Source of the DNA: Eledone cirrhosa
Taxonomy: Eukaryota
Assembly (NCBI GenBank): GCA_964016885.1
Contig: OZ024740.1
Location: 317,006,001-317,070,000 of the forward strand
DNA: 64,000 nucleotides
Direction of reading: 5' to 3'
Both the position numbers and the translations under genes were made by a program. The notes under the pieces were generated by a model. It was not told where the DNA came from, made no database searches, and was given only the letters and a program-made list of their open reading frames with translations. Position 1 is the stretch's first letter. Every line of letters starts with the position of its first letter. This document shows positions 12,541 through 27,180 of this stretch, one piece after another.

Positions 12541-13452
12541 ATCATCATCATTTAACGTCCATCTTCCACGCTTGCATGGGTTTGGACGGGAGTTTTCCCA
12601 CTTGAGGCAAGAGTGGTTGTCTTGCTCGTATAGGACTGTCTGGCGGGTTTTCTACGGCTGGATGCCCTTCCTAACACCAACCACGTTTACAGTGTGGACT
12701 GGGAGGTTTTTACCATGTTACCTACACGGCCACATTACAGCGTGGACTGTGTGTTTTTTTGTTGTGACACCTACACAACCTCATTTGTTTCGGACTGGAT
12801 GTGGTACCAACATAACTTTACATTGAAAGGGGTGGTGTGGATGGGGTGGGGGTAGTGGTATGGGGGTGTATTTTGTTAGAGGTGCCTACTGACTGTAGTA
12901 GGTTTCACTTTGTACTTAGGTAAGGCGGGTCTTCTGTATTACTGTGTAGCGCCAAAGATCTCGGTCCAGTGACATTGTCTTGGAGAGGTGTAAGTGTGTG
13001 AGGTCGGAATTTATCAAGTCGTCCCAGGTTTTTCTGGGTCTGCCTACTCCGTGGCTACCGTCTATTTTTATTGCCCTGCACTTTTTTATACAGCTGTCGT
13101 CTTTCATGCACATCACGTGACCATACCAACGTAGTCTTCTCTCGAGTAAACAACATCTGATCCCTCTTATTTCTAATTTTTTCCTTAGTTCGTTTATGCT
13201 TTGCCGTTCACGTATATTACTATTACACATCCAGCGGAGCATGCAAACTTCGTTCCTCTCCAGTCTGTGTATATCCTCTGCACACAATGCCCAGGTCTCA
13301 CTGCCATGTAGCATTGCTGTTCGTATGCAGGCATCATACAGCCTGCGTTTCATTTTTAGAGAGAACCCTTTAGCGGCTAATAGTGGTATAAGCTCTCTGA
13401 ACTTTTTCCATCCAGTTCTGACTCTAGCTACTGTACTTTCAGAGCACCCTCC
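12541..13452 (-). mobile_element. 5'-truncated copy of the RTE family at 57.7-61.3 kb
   Basis: ORF 12916-13353(-) is nearly identical to the C-terminus of ORF 59826-61046; complete 3' UTR and (ATG) tail. Confidence 0.93.
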
Positions 13453-13977
13453 GTATATATACGATAAATAAACACAGCTTTAGAAGCTACAAGTTCCATT
13501 AGATGTTTAACCTTTTACTATTGTAAATATTTATACATAAAATATTAGCTAAAATCTATAAATATATCAAAGTATTGTTGCCTTGATGTGATAATCATTG
13601 ATTACCTACGAAGTAGTTCTATACAGAGATTTGATCTGATATATTGGTAAGTTCTCTTTTAAGGTTCTTGAATAGAAATTTAATTACATGCCAGTTTGAT
13701 TGAAGATTAAAAGAGTTTGATGAATTAAACATAGTTTTCCTGTGATCCAAAATGTTCATTTTTTTTTCTATTTATAAATAAATTTGGCACAAACTAAAAT
13801 CAACCATTTTATTTTTATTTTATTGCATGTCTTCTAAATTAATTGTGCAAGTGCAATGCTGTTTCATGGAATGGTGCCAGAATGAGCTGGTGTGTCCAAA
13901 GAATCAAGTTTTAAATAGATGTATCATAGAAATTCGATCAATAATTATATCACCCAGTAAGGAGCAGAGTTTGGTAT

Positions 13978-14197
13978 TACTGTATATACTCAAATATAAG
14001 CCGATCCGAATATAAGCCACTACGCCCCCATATTTTATGCCTGAGAAATGGGCAAAAATCCAAACCCTATTTATAAACTAGGCAGCTATTGAACACTTTA
14101 TGGTTAGCTTGTATACATAAGCTGAGCCCTCTCCCTACATTTCACCATCAATATTTTGGTCACATATTCCTCAGCTTATATTTGAGTATATACGGTA
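13978..14197. mobile_element. Tc1/mariner-pogo-type MITE
   Basis: TA|CTGTATATACTCAAATATAAGC ... GCTTATATTTGAGTATATACGG|TA inverted termini with TA duplication. Confidence 0.8.
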
Positions 14198-14594
14198 TGT
14201 CAGATGTTATATTTTTAATAGTATTTTGTTGAACCCTTTTGATACCAAACCTCATGAAATCACCATTGGTTCTACCATATGAGGCTATTTGTTTTAAAGT
14301 AGTTATCAACATTATTATTATTAGGGTGGTAGATTGGTAGCATTGGTAGAGCATCGGGCAATAGGCAAAAAAAAAAAATGAGCACACTTGAAGCACGTGA
14401 TTGTGATATGATTGGCTGTCGTTAAATAATTAAACAATTACACAGCACTTGTTAGATAAGACTCAATACAAGTTCAATATGCAGCAGTACACAATGCCTT
14501 AAAAACTTGGAGTGTCTTTAATTGGGTAGATCAGCAACTGAAGGTATCTTAGCTAGGCCATACTGTCATTTTCCTAAGTGCAAGAAACTTAGGA

Positions 14595-14830
14595 CCCTTC
14601 CTGAGAGAGTCATGGGGGCAGAGTCCTCAAACACTCCTTCCAGTGGGTCCTGTCAAAATCAACTGTCTCCAACTGACCCAGCTGGATCCCCAAGTGAGAC
14701 CAGCCAAGCTCATGGATGTTATCCAACCATCTTGCTCAGAGTCTACCCCTGGGTCTCCTGTCAATTGGTTTTGTCCATAAAATCTGTCCAGTCATTCTTT
14801 CCTGAGACATTGTAACCACATTCCCATAAT
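14595..14830 (-). mobile_element. RTE-like 3' fragment (same family as 1092-1282)
   Basis: Reverse-complement match to 1092-1282 and 25740-25915. Confidence 0.65.
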
Positions 14831-15599
14831 ATCAGAGCTGTGATCTCTCAATCTCTGATCTCCGAGATAGGCACTCTATCGAGTAACGTTACAACAAAAA
14901 CCCTTGCGAGAAACCCCATTTTAGATGCTTGTATTCACGATCATATTCTTTCGGGTCATTACCGATAGGACCCCATTATCCTATATGTCTTTTACTTATT
15001 TAAGATGATTGGATGTGACATGAGGAAGATTTGGCTGCTATTTCAAGCAGATCTAAGGACCACATAAAGCTTGTTTCCTTGGGTAAATGGTAGCAGTTAT
15101 ACTGTAATGTGGTAAGCTATGATATGTTTTTAAGTATGCACATTATTTAATATCTTTTCCTTCCTGATATAAGATAGTAGTATGTGATATGGAGGAGATT
15201 TGGTTGCTATTTTTAGCAGATCTAACAACCATGTAGATCCTGGCCTCTTGGATAAAGGGTAATGTTGGTATTGTAAAATAGCAAGCTATGATATTAAACT
15301 GGTGACATCTAAGTCTTGCTGTAACACGAGGAAGCAGAACAGACATTATTGAGATTCAACTTCAGTGAAGCAATATATACATAATGTTTGCATTCAATAA
15401 AATTTCATCCATGTTAAGTTTGTATTACAGTAATGACTCATTTGAGTAAGACTTAGTATTATTAGCTATTCTTAGTAACAGATAATAATTCCATCATAAA
15501 TGTTTCTGTGTAAAGCTAGTGTAAATGGAGAAATGGAGAAAAATAACAAAACAGAATGTGCTTGAGGAAAATTGGTTGAAGTAATTGGTCTGAGATTGC

Positions 15600-16872
15600 A
15601 TACATACACCCACTTATATACACACACACACAACCATGCAGGCATACACACATGAATACACACACACAAACACAGACATACATACACACGCACATATACA
15701 CACACACAACCATGCAGGCATACACACATGAATACACATGAAAACACAGACATACATACACACGCACATATACACACACACACAACCATGCAGGCATACA
15801 CACATGAATACACATGAAAACACAGACATACATACACATGCACATATACACACACACACAACCATGCAGGCATACACACATGAATACACACACACAAACA
15901 CAGACATACATACACACGCACATACACACACACACAACCATGCAGGCATACACACATGAATACACACACACAAACACAGACATACATACACATGCACATA
16001 TACACACACAACCATGCAGGCATACACACATGAATACACACACACAAACACAGACATACATACACACGCACATATACACACACACACAACCATGCAGGCA
16101 TACACACATGAATACACACACACAAACACAGACATACATACACACGCACATATACACACACACACAACCATGCAGGCATACACACATGAATACACACACA
16201 CAAACACAGACATACATACACACACACATATACACACACACACATATACACACACAACCATGCAGGCATACACACATGAAAACACAGACATACATACACA
16301 CGCACATATACACACACACGCAAACACAGACATACATACACACACACATATATACACACACACACACACATGAATACACACAAACACAGACATACATACA
16401 TGCACACATATATACACACACACAAACACAGACATACATACACACACACATATACACACACACACACACATGAATACACACACACAAACACAGACATACA
16501 TACACACATATATATACACACACACATGAATACACACACATACACACACAAACACATGAATACACACACACACAAACACAGACATACATACACACACACA
16601 TATACACACACACACACACACATGAATACACACACACAAACACAGACATACATACACACACACATGAATATACACACACAAACACAGACATACATACACA
16701 CATATATATACACACACACAAACACAGACATACATACACACACAAACACGCAGGCACTTACACATGTACACAGACATGCACAAACACACACATGAATACA
16801 CACATGAATACACACATACACACAGACACAGACACACATACACATACACAAATACACACAGTTACACACACA
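15600..16872. repeat. Higher-order CA/CATA minisatellite (~60-65 bp unit)
   Basis: Recurrent ACAACCATGCAGGCATACACACATGAATAC...AAACACAGACATACATAC. Confidence 0.92.
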
Positions 16873-17017
16873 GGCATAACAGTGATGATGACAATGATAT
16901 ATTGTAGCACAATAAAGCAATGCAAATATCGGATAAGTAGCACTCTACAGTTTATAGGATTGGAGTATAAATAATATAAGATCAAAAGATCTTTTGATCT
17001 TATATTATATATATATA

Positions 17018-17247
17018 TCATCATCATCATCATCATCAATGTTTAACGTCCGTGTTCCACGCTTGCATGGGTTTGGACGGGGGTTTTCCCACTTGAGGCA
17101 AGAGTGATTATCTTGCTCGCATAGGACTGTCTGGCGGGTTTTCTACAGCTGGATGCCCTTCCTAACACCAACCACATTTACAGTGTGGGTCTGGGAGGTT
17201 TTTACCGTGTTGCCTACACGGCCACATTACAGCGTGGACTGTCTGGT
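17018..17247 (-). mobile_element. RTE 3' UTR fragment with (ATG)n tail
   Basis: Matches 12541-12750. Confidence 0.88.
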
Positions 17248-17549
17248 ATATATATATATATTTCCATACACACACACATGCACATACATACATAGATACA
17301 TACAATGTACATTTTAAAACTTTTTCTTTATTAATTTGTTAAACATCTCAGATTTCTTCAATTTTTATCTGTCTTAACATGTTCTATTCAGGTATTGTTG
17401 CTCTGGAAGCATATTGTTTATGAGTTTGCCTTGAAACAAGTATGTAAACATTGAGCTGTTCTGCAACAACCAACAAAGTTGAAATAATTGCAAAGGCTTC
17501 TATGCATTTTGCATTGTATCGATCTAAACCCCTATAGACGTTAAACGAC

Positions 17550-17584
<35 letters not shown>

Positions 17585-17585
<1 letters not shown>

Positions 17586-17828
17586 CATCATCATCATCAT
17601 CATCATCGTTTAACGTCCATCTTCCATGCTTGCATGGGTTTGGACGGGAGTTTTCTCACTTGAGGCATGAGTGGTTGTCTTGCTCGCATAGGACTGTCTG
17701 GCAGGTTTTCTACGGCTAGATGCCCTTCCTAACACCAACCACATTTACAGTGTGGGGCTGGGAGGTTTTTACCGTGTTACCTACACGGCCACATTACAGC
17801 GTGGACTGTGTTTTTTTTGTCGTGACAC
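17585..17828 (-). mobile_element. RTE 3' UTR fragment, tail-to-tail with a plus-strand RTE terminus at ~17535-17584
   Basis: GACGTTAAACGACG(ATG)n abuts (ATC)nGTTTAACGTCC. Confidence 0.85.
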
Positions 17829-17902
17829 ATGATGATGATATATATATATAATATAGAAATGGCTTCTACAGGACTAGAACAGTTTCATTTGAAGGAAATC
17901 AT

Positions 17903-17934
<32 letters not shown>

Positions 17935-17939
17935 CATAT

Positions 17940-18326
17940 ACTTCGTTTTTGAATTTGTTTTGCAAGATTTCTTATCTGAAAACGTGTGTTGAAATAGATA
18001 TTGTTATATTTTGGGAGGGTCATACTACCAATAAAAACACACGCACCTGTTGGTTTTCACTTCAATTTATTATAAATTTCCGGTTGATTGGTAGGTTTGA
18101 TAACTGGATGGTTGTTTATATATTGTCAAAGGTGAAACACAAAATAAAAACCTAGTCACTGAGAAGGTCACACAGAATGTGTAACGAAAGAGCTTTGACA
18201 ATATATAAACAATCATCCGGTAATCGAACCAACCAAACAACCGGAAATTTATAATAATTTGAAGTGAAAACCAGAAAGTGCATGTGTTTTTATTGGCAGC
18301 ATGACGCACCCAAAGTATAACAATAT
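17940..18326. mobile_element. Fold-back element (PLE-like inverted pLTR) with degenerate hammerhead in the spacer
   Basis: Imperfect ~134-bp arms 17998-18131 / 18193-18326; GTCA-CTGAGAA-GGTCACACAGAATGTGTAAC-GAAA-GAGCTT-TGAC at 18155-18199; flanked by TA repeats. Confidence 0.6.
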
Positions 18327-18336
18327 ATATACATAC

Positions 18337-18368
<32 letters not shown>

Positions 18369-18373
<5 letters not shown>

Positions 18374-18570
18374 AGCTATCGCCGTATTTTGACTAAAGAA
18401 ATTAAAGAAATTATTTAGCCTGATAGTGGGGTTAAGAACCCTCGGAGAAATGGGTTCTTAATCCCACTATCAGGCTAAATAATTTCTTTAATTTCTTTAG
18501 TCAAAATACAGCGATAGCTTACATTTCTAATAATTTCAAACCCACTCGCTGTTTCAAAAATATTCTTACA
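18369..18570. repeat. Fold-back element in (TA)n
   Basis: ~73-bp near-perfect arms 18369-18441 / 18452-18524 plus one-sided extension; single-arm copy at 34921-35068. Confidence 0.8.
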
Positions 18571-18574
18571 TATA

Positions 18575-18633
<59 letters not shown>

Positions 18634-18656
18634 TGAAAGAGAGAGAAGGAATATAG

Positions 18657-19510
<854 letters not shown>

Positions 19511-19944
19511 TATATATATATATATATATATATAGAATATTGGGTTTGAATCAAAGTTGTAGCCACAGTGTAGCAGATACTATTCAAATTGTTTGAGGTG
19601 GTCACAAAGCACTCAATGGAGTAAGAAGTTAATACATTTTCGTCCAGAGTAAACACAAAGTTAAGAAAGTGTGACACCAAGAAAAGTGACCAAAAGTAGA
19701 GGCCATATTTATACCATAACAATGATAAATACAAATAGGTTGAAGACTAATTTGGGCCACCTCGAGTTGATTAGAATCAATAGAAATTGATAAAAATCTT
19801 TGATATGTTTCTGGAACTCCGTGAAGCTACATCACGAGTTGCATAATGCATATATATTTACAAATTTGTTAAAAGTATACATTCAGAAAAGCTCAATATG
19901 AGGCAATTGACAAAAGGGAGGAGGAATTAGATAGATATGACATA

Positions 19945-20400
19945 GAGGACAATTGGAAGTTCTCAGGTTACTGATGAGACTTGTGGCTGGAGTAAAGCAC
20001 CAGTCAGATAGAAGGTGTCCTCATGATAGAACATCATTGTGGCTAGAGCTGTTAAAGCTAAGAGACAGGTGTGAAAAGTTTGGAAAAATGGAGGTAGAAA
20101 AGATCAATACTAGGTAGTTAAATAAGAAGCTAGGTGTCCGGTATACATAGCACACAAAAAAAACTGAAAACAGGAGCTTTGTCAATGTCTTGTGATATGA
20201 GGATCAGAATGTGATGTGTCCTGCAATGCAAAGCAGTGTGTCAGAGAGAAGAAGAATGTTTTTAAGGAAAAGTGTGACATTGGTGCACTTAGCAGTACTG
20301 ATGTTAATAAGAAACTAACCTAGAAATGCTCTTATTAGAGGTTGATGAATGTAGAGAATGAATAGGAAGAAGAGAGACTACCCTCAGTTGACAGAGCGAT
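19945..20400 (+). mobile_element. Old degenerate RTE internal fragment
   Basis: Aligns by eye to ~58905-59390 (TDETCGWS, EKC, RLMNVENE). Confidence 0.7.
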
Positions 20401-20567
20401 CAGCTATCAAAATATATACTCAGATAGCTGTGACATGATCACAGCTTAAAATAGTAATACTCCACCATTGCCATCGCCACCACCACTACCATCCATCTAA
20501 CTGGGACAAACCCGTCTAACCCATGCTAGCGTGGAAGATAGATGTTAGACAATGATGATGATGATGA

Positions 20568-20603
<36 letters not shown>

Positions 20604-20674
20604 AATCGTTTTAAAAAAAAAACAATATAAAACTGGAAAGAAGTAAGTGGTGAAGTTAAAACATATATACATAA

Positions 20675-21150
20675 ATTCCGACCTCACACACTTACACCTC
20701 TCCAAGACAATGTCACTGGACCGAGATCTTTGGCGCTACACAGTAATACAGAAGACCCGCCTTGCCTAAGTACAAAGCGAAACCTACAGTCAGTAGACAC
20801 CTCTAACAAAAATACACCACCCCCACCATATTCGATGTAAAGTTATGTTGGTACCACAACATCCAGTCCGAAATAAATGAGGTCGTCTAGGTGTCATGAC
20901 AAAAAAAACATACAGTCCACACAGTCCACGCTGTAATGTGGCCGTGTAGGTAACACGGTAAAAACCTCCCAGTCCACACTGTAAACGTGGTTGGTGTTAG
21001 GAAGGGCATCCAGCCATAGAAAACCCGCCAGACAGTCCTATATGAGCAAGACAACCAATCTTGCCTCAAGTGGGAAAATTCCCGTCCAAACCCATGCAAG
21101 CGTGGAAGATGGACGTTAAACAATGATGATGATGATGATGATGATGATGA
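20675..21150 (+). mobile_element. RTE 3' end fragment
   Basis: NSDLTHLHLSKTMSLDRDLWRY coding end, 3' UTR and (GAT)n tail. Confidence 0.9.
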
Positions 21151-21626
21151 TACATAATAAGTTTTGGACAATTTTCTGTCTACCAAATTCTAATTAGAAG
21201 ACATTGGCTTCTGCAGTAGAACTGAGCTTGGAAACGTGATTATAAAGCAAAATTCTTCATTATATGGTGCTAGAGCTTTATAGAGCATAATTTTGTATTA
21301 GATTTACTTGCTGAACATAGCATAGATTAGATAATTTTGCATGCAATATTTAGGAAAGTATTTTAATTTTAGATGCACTTACTAAAAAGCCAACCATGCA
21401 ATAGAGTATTGTACATTCACTGTAAAATTGGCAAAGTTATAATGTTATAGTGTGTTCTATTCATAGAAGTTTTAAAATATGTAGAATCTTCACACTAGTT
21501 TTATATAAAGCAAAGAAAACTGATTTCAAATCTCTAAGAAAATTCTATTACATACGACGTGACATTGTGTACCAATACGTAAGTTTTGAATTTTGATATC
21601 GTTCATCTCTAGCTAGTGGGATCTAT

Positions 21627-21694
<68 letters not shown>

Positions 21695-21849
21695 ATATAT
21701 ATATATATATATATATGCATGTGTACAGATTGTTATGTTACTGTGAATGCATGCTAATGGATAATGTATGCTAATATATTTACCATCATCACTTTATAGA
21801 CATTTATCCATGTCAGCATGTGTGTGTGTATATATATAAATATATAATT

Positions 21850-22158
21850 GGTGTGGGATGCTTAAAGCATCCGTAAGCGGTAGCTCATTTGAGCACTCGA
21901 TACTCTTACAGAGCAGAGTATGATATCACATAAGAAACGGAGAATCAATGTTGTTGAATAAAATTTATTAGACATATTACAATCGTTTCTTTGGCGACAT
22001 TTGGAAACTCTGCTTTGTAGAATTGAGACGTATCTGAGGACCTTGCGATTTCAGAGTCAGGTTCGATCATGCCTCAAGCTGGTCACCAGAGAAAAGATTG
22101 TAATATGTCTAATTAACTTTATTCGTCGCAACACTGATTCTCCGTTTCTTATGTGATA
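21850..22158. repeat. Fold-back element with left-side extension
   Basis: Arms ~21923-21990 / 22090-22158; minus strand reads GAAAC-GATT-GTA...AATAAA, then TCGAGTGCT and a GGATGCTT-T-AAGCATCC hairpin. Confidence 0.65.
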
Positions 22159-22170
22159 TATATATATATA

Positions 22171-22326
22171 AATGGCTTCTACAGGACTAGAACTATTTCT
22201 TTCAAATGAAACAGTTCTAGTCCTGTAGAAGCCATCTCTATATTAAATATTGTATATACTCTACTATGTATTGAGTACTTTACTTACTGTGGTTACCCCC
22301 AATTGAATCCGGGATACATGCATGCT

Positions 22327-22327
<1 letters not shown>
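22171..22327. repeat. Short fold-back element with extension
   Basis: ATGGCTTCTACAGGACTAGAACT / AGTTCTAGTCCTGTAGAAGCCAT; another partial copy at 17851-17900. Confidence 0.75.
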
Positions 22328-22362
<35 letters not shown>

Positions 22363-22631
22363 CATACACCCAGCCCACACTGTAAACTGGTTGTGTCACA
22401 ACAAAAAGCACCCAGTACTCACTGTAAATGAGGTTGGTGTTAGGAAGGGCATCCAGCTGTAGAAACCAAGCTAAAATCAGTTCCGAATAAGTGAAGCATA
22501 GTCACCTGACCTGGCATTGCCCATAACAGAACAACTCGTCTAACCCATGCTAGAGTGGAAGAATGGACATAAAACGGTGATGATGATGATATATATATTG
22601 TCTACTCTCTATAATGTATAGGCTTGAAGCA

Positions 22632-22898
22632 GTGGAGGCACATGGCTTAGTGGTTAGAGCATTGGCCTTGCAATCGAAAGGTTGTGAGTTCAATATTCAG
22701 ACCGGGTGATGTGTTGTTTCCTATCATTCCACTGCAAAATGGACATGGAGGTGCCACGGCAAAAAAGCACCCAGCACTCACTGTAAATGAGGTTGGTGTT
22801 AGGAAGGGCATCCAGCTGTAGAAATCAAGCCAGAATCAGTTCCCGTCCCACCCTTGCAAGCAGGGAAAAAGTGGACGTAAAATGACGATGATGATGAT
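22632..22898 (+). mobile_element. tRNA-head SINE with RTE-derived tail (internally deleted relative to 62213-62548)
   Basis: A box TGGCTTAGTGG, B box GAGTTCAAT; tail GTTGGTGTTAGGAAGGGCATCCAGC...GGACGTAAAATGA(CGA)TGATG. Confidence 0.8.
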
Positions 22899-24959
22899 AT
22901 ATATATATATATATATCCATGTGTATCCAGTTTAAAATAGGTACACAATATTGCTGTGTGTTATCAAGATTTGTCTCCAGCTGTAAAACATTGCCTTAAA
23001 AAGTCCTGTTCAACCCATACTAGAATGGAAAAGTGAATGTAAAAGTGACGATGTTGATGATGATGGTGATGATAAGTATTGTTCTATTGCACCAAGGCAA
23101 GAAAAGTTTATAAGCTTTTAAAGAGATGTTATCTGTTAAAATTTTAAGCTCATATATTTTAATTCCTAGTATTATCAATTCTTATCAAGCAGTGAATTGA
23201 CAGAGTTGTTAGAATGTTGGATAGAATGTTTTGAATTATTCGTTCTGTTTTTTTGTGCAGTGAGTTCAAATCCCTAAGAGATCAACTTTTTGAAGTTGAT
23301 AAAAAAATAGTCCAGTACTGGGGTTGATTCTTCCTCCCCTCCTTTGTACCACACACTCTCTCTCTCCTTCTTTGGAATAAATAAGCTGTGTTCAAACCTG
23401 GAGAAAGGTATGGGGTTCTGCCAGGTTTAAAATGTCCCTCAAAATGCTGTATGTCACTATGGCACCTATACAACCCCACCAGGGGTTACAGGTACATACA
23501 TACATACATGAAAACCCTTTAGTCGTATCAAGGACATGACAGCCTCCTTAATGTTGATGATCTACATGATAAACACACCCAGTACATGCTGTAAAGTAGT
23601 CAGTGATAGGAAGGGCATCCAGCCATAGAAATCTTGCCAAACAAAGGGTCGAAGGACCCTCAGTTGTGTCAAAGTCATGACCTCTCCTGTGCACTCGGTG
23701 GAATGTTGACTGCTACATTAAGCAATACACAGATCCCTGGTTTGCTTGGGAGATCAGTATCTCCACTTGAGTACTGACTTGGTCTATATAGACCCGTCCA
23801 ACCCTTGCTAGCAGGGAGGAAAGCAGACATTAAAACAATGAGGATGATATTGATAATGACACATACATAGATATATTATCAATTATTGGGACAAAACCTT
23901 AATTAATGATACAGATATATTCTCTCTGAATGCTTTCAAATCCAGACTTAGAAGAATATAAGAAGATTAGAGATTAACTATGAATGCATCCATCTTTTGC
24001 ACACCTCTCCTTTAATCTATTGAATTGAGATAAAGACAAGCACAAAAGCTCATTGCAGCAGAGAATTACCATTAAATTAAATATTTGTCTAGCTTCAAAT
24101 TTCATTACACTGAAATTTAATATGTAAGATGAAGCCTTTGTCTGAAATTAAACCAGCCATTGTCCATCAGACTGTATCTGTCCTTCGTTTTTTCACTAAT
24201 TTGTGTTGTATAGTGAAGTGTACTGATAATTATTAGTTATTTCTCATTTTACCTTTCTTGATAGTGTTATCTTACTGTGTGTGTATTTGAGAGTAAAGGT
24301 GTACATCATCATCACCATCACACCACCAGCACCTCCACCACTACCATCATCACCATCCCCAGCACTACCAACACCATAATCATCATCCTCACAACTGTTG
24401 TCATCACCATTACCACCATATTGATGGAAGTCTATAGAAGCTGAAGTGTGTGTGTGCATGTGTGTGTACCTGTGCAGGTGCCTGTGTGTGTGTGTGTATT
24501 ATCATTACCATTTAATGTCCATGTTTCCACACTGGCATAAACATACATAGCATCTTGGACAAGTATCTACTCAGCCTTGTAAGTGAAATTGGGTAGATGG
24601 AAACTGTATGGAAGCCTGTCAGATTGACTGTACTTGTAATTCAAAGGTTCAGCTGTCACACCCTAACTACTAAGCCACACACACACACACCTTCATACAT
24701 TTGTGATGGAAGTGTATAAAATGTAAAGTATGTGCGTGAACATCTTTCCAGTTGCCTACTCTCTATAATGTATATTATAGAGAGTAGGCAACTTAATGTG
24801 ATACACACACGTGTGTACATATAGTCACACGCATGCATACACTCACACAAATATGGCGATGGCCTGATTAAGGAAGGTTTGTAGACTGGTCTAGAATTGA
24901 AGGCCAAAATGTCAACATGGCGAAGACTACAATAGTGGACAGCAAAGTAAAGAATACAA

Positions 24960-25320
24960 AGGATGTAGAAACAGTACTGTCCTAAATGTGGGAGCATCAC
25001 TGTCCCAGATGTGGAAGCAACACTGTCCCAGATGTGGAAGCAACACTGTCTCAGATGTGGAAGCAGTACTCTCCCAGATGTAGAAGCATCACCGTTCCAG
25101 ATGTGGAAGCAGTGCTGTCCCAGATGTAGCAGTACTGTCCCAGATGTGGAAGCAGTGCTGTCCCAGATGTGGAAGCAGTGCTGTCCCAGATGTGGAAGCA
25201 GTACTGTCCCAGATGTAGAAGCAGTACTGTCCCAGATGTGGAAGCAGTACTGTCCCAGATGTAGAAGCAGTACTGTCCCAGATGTAGAAGCAACACTGTT
25301 CCAGATGTGGAAGTAGTACT
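24960..25320. repeat. 23-bp minisatellite
   Basis: Unit CAGTACTGTCCCAGATGTGGAAG, ~15 copies. Confidence 0.95.
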
Positions 25321-25739
25321 CCATTGTGGGTCTTGCCTGAACTTTGTTAAGGATCAGAATGTTTTAAGCCAGTCATTTAGATACAGTTCTAGCTATATTT
25401 AGGATGTGTATTTCCTATGATAGATCCTCAAAGAATCAATGTAAGAGCTCTAGTTGTTTTAGTTCCATATACATACAACCAGAAAAGAAATAAATAGCAA
25501 TATATCAGATCTTTCATTGATTTGGTTTCAGTAACTGGAATGTGGTTGTACAGATCACTTTAAAGAATTTTGGTGATCATATTGATTCCAATACTTATTT
25601 CATTGATTTCAATTTGCTAAGCTACTACATTATGGGACAAAAGCAAGAACACAGATATGAATACACATACACATACATTGTGCTATGGTCATGAATTTTT
25701 GGTAATGACTGAAAGTTAGAATGTTTCAGGAAAGAATCA

Positions 25740-25915
25740 CTGGACAGATTTTATGGGCAAAACCAACTGGCAGGATACCCAGAGCAAGATGGTTGGATAA
25801 CATCCATGAGCTTGGCTGGCCACGCTTGGAGACAGTTGCTTCTGACAGGACCCACTGGAGGGAGTGTTTGAGGACTCTGCCCCAATGACCCTCTCAGGAA
25901 TAAGTGGGCAAAGAA
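25740..25915 (+). mobile_element. RTE-like 3' fragment (same family as 1092-1282)
   Basis: TGGACAGATTTTATGG...TTTGAGGACTCTGCC...CTCAGGAATAAGTGGG. Confidence 0.65.
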
Positions 25916-26369
25916 GCTTTCTTGAGCAATGTCAGTGGAAGCATCTGAAACTATAATGATCCTCAGAAGACAGCTGATGAGTGGGAAGAGTCCATGTTCT
26001 TGTCTCTCCTGAGTTTTCTGTTTCCTGTATATGTCCCATGTGTTTAGTTAATGATATTATCACTGTAGCCCATACAGCCTAATATTGAAATCAAAACTGG
26101 TATATTATAAATATATGTGTGTCTATGTTTGTATATATGCAGTTTCACAACATTTATTACCACTAGACCACCTTAAACAACCTAACATAAATGATATATA
26201 TATATATACACACACACATTACAATCATCTATGAAATGATACGTAATATCGAAGACTATATTATATCAAATAATTTATAATTTCCAGACTTTAACCCAGA
26301 ATATTATAAAGGCAGAATAATTTATTACACAGGATTGATTTTAGATACATTTCTACATTGATTTGGTTA

Positions 26370-26750
26370 TCTCTGACCAGTGGTCTGATGTGGTCTCTGA
26401 CCGTATGACCTGGCTACACATCATCTGCCAGTCTATTTCCTTCTTCAAAAATTCTCGTAGAGCTGATATTGAGAACAAAAGGAACCAGAGGAAGAAACGT
26501 AGTACAATACAAAAATTATTAGAGAGGTTTCCCAATGCTCCTCGCGATTTTATCTTTTGCTCCGGTAGCGGTTCGTTTGTCCACTCCTTTCGCCTGCCTT
26601 TTGTTGTATGTGGCCCTAGATGAATGTATCACCTGCTTGTGTGTTTGTTTTTCTCTTTCTTTTTTTCCTGTCCCTTTTCTGTTTTTTTTTCTATTTGTAA
26701 TATGTTAACGGTTATGCCTTAATAAAATTATATATAATTTAAAAAAAAAA
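26370..26750 (+). mobile_element. Probable LINE (L1/Tx1-like) 3' remnant with poly(A)
   Basis: T-rich 3' UTR, AATAAA and an A10 tail at ~26741-26750. Confidence 0.35.
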
Positions 26751-27000
26751 TCCAGAACAGAATTTCCTTTGCAGCCGCCTCTCTCTCCTACATTAGTTAC
26801 GTCAGACAGCAGCTAGCCTGCAATTGTCATGGGCAGGTCCCTTCGTAAATCTTTGTACGCGAAGATACCTTTGCAATAACAATAATTCAAAATAGGTGTT
26901 GTAAATTTTATAAATAAAAGCTCGGCGATAAAGAAATAATTGATCTAAAATCCACACAAAACTGCGATAAAAATTTAATGGGTTACAATTTTAAATAAAA

Positions 27001-27180
27001 TACGAGGGTCGACTTAAAAGTTCATAGGCTGACTATGAAGGAGTGATGCTAGAGCTATAAAATTTTGCATGTATTTATTTCAACTCTTCTTATTAATAAC
27101 TGTATTGTTTCTTTCTCGGGACTATGTTGAAAAATAAACCGCATTTGGTCATTCCATGAACATTTCAACCGACCCTCGTA
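27001..27180. mobile_element. Mariner-like MITE, monomeric
   Basis: TACGAGGGTCG ... CGACCCTCGTA termini with TA ends; interior is the reverse complement of the 12056 unit. Confidence 0.85.

Noticed and set aside
15472-16920. Cys/Val-rich ORFs
   Set aside because: (TG)n-based minisatellite
17391-17440. Possible 48-nt exon (TTCAG...GTATGT)
   Set aside because: Splice-like signals only; no recognisable protein similarity
24656-25324. 222-aa repetitive ORF or CRISPR-like 23-bp repeat
   Set aside because: Pure head-to-tail minisatellite, open in several frames
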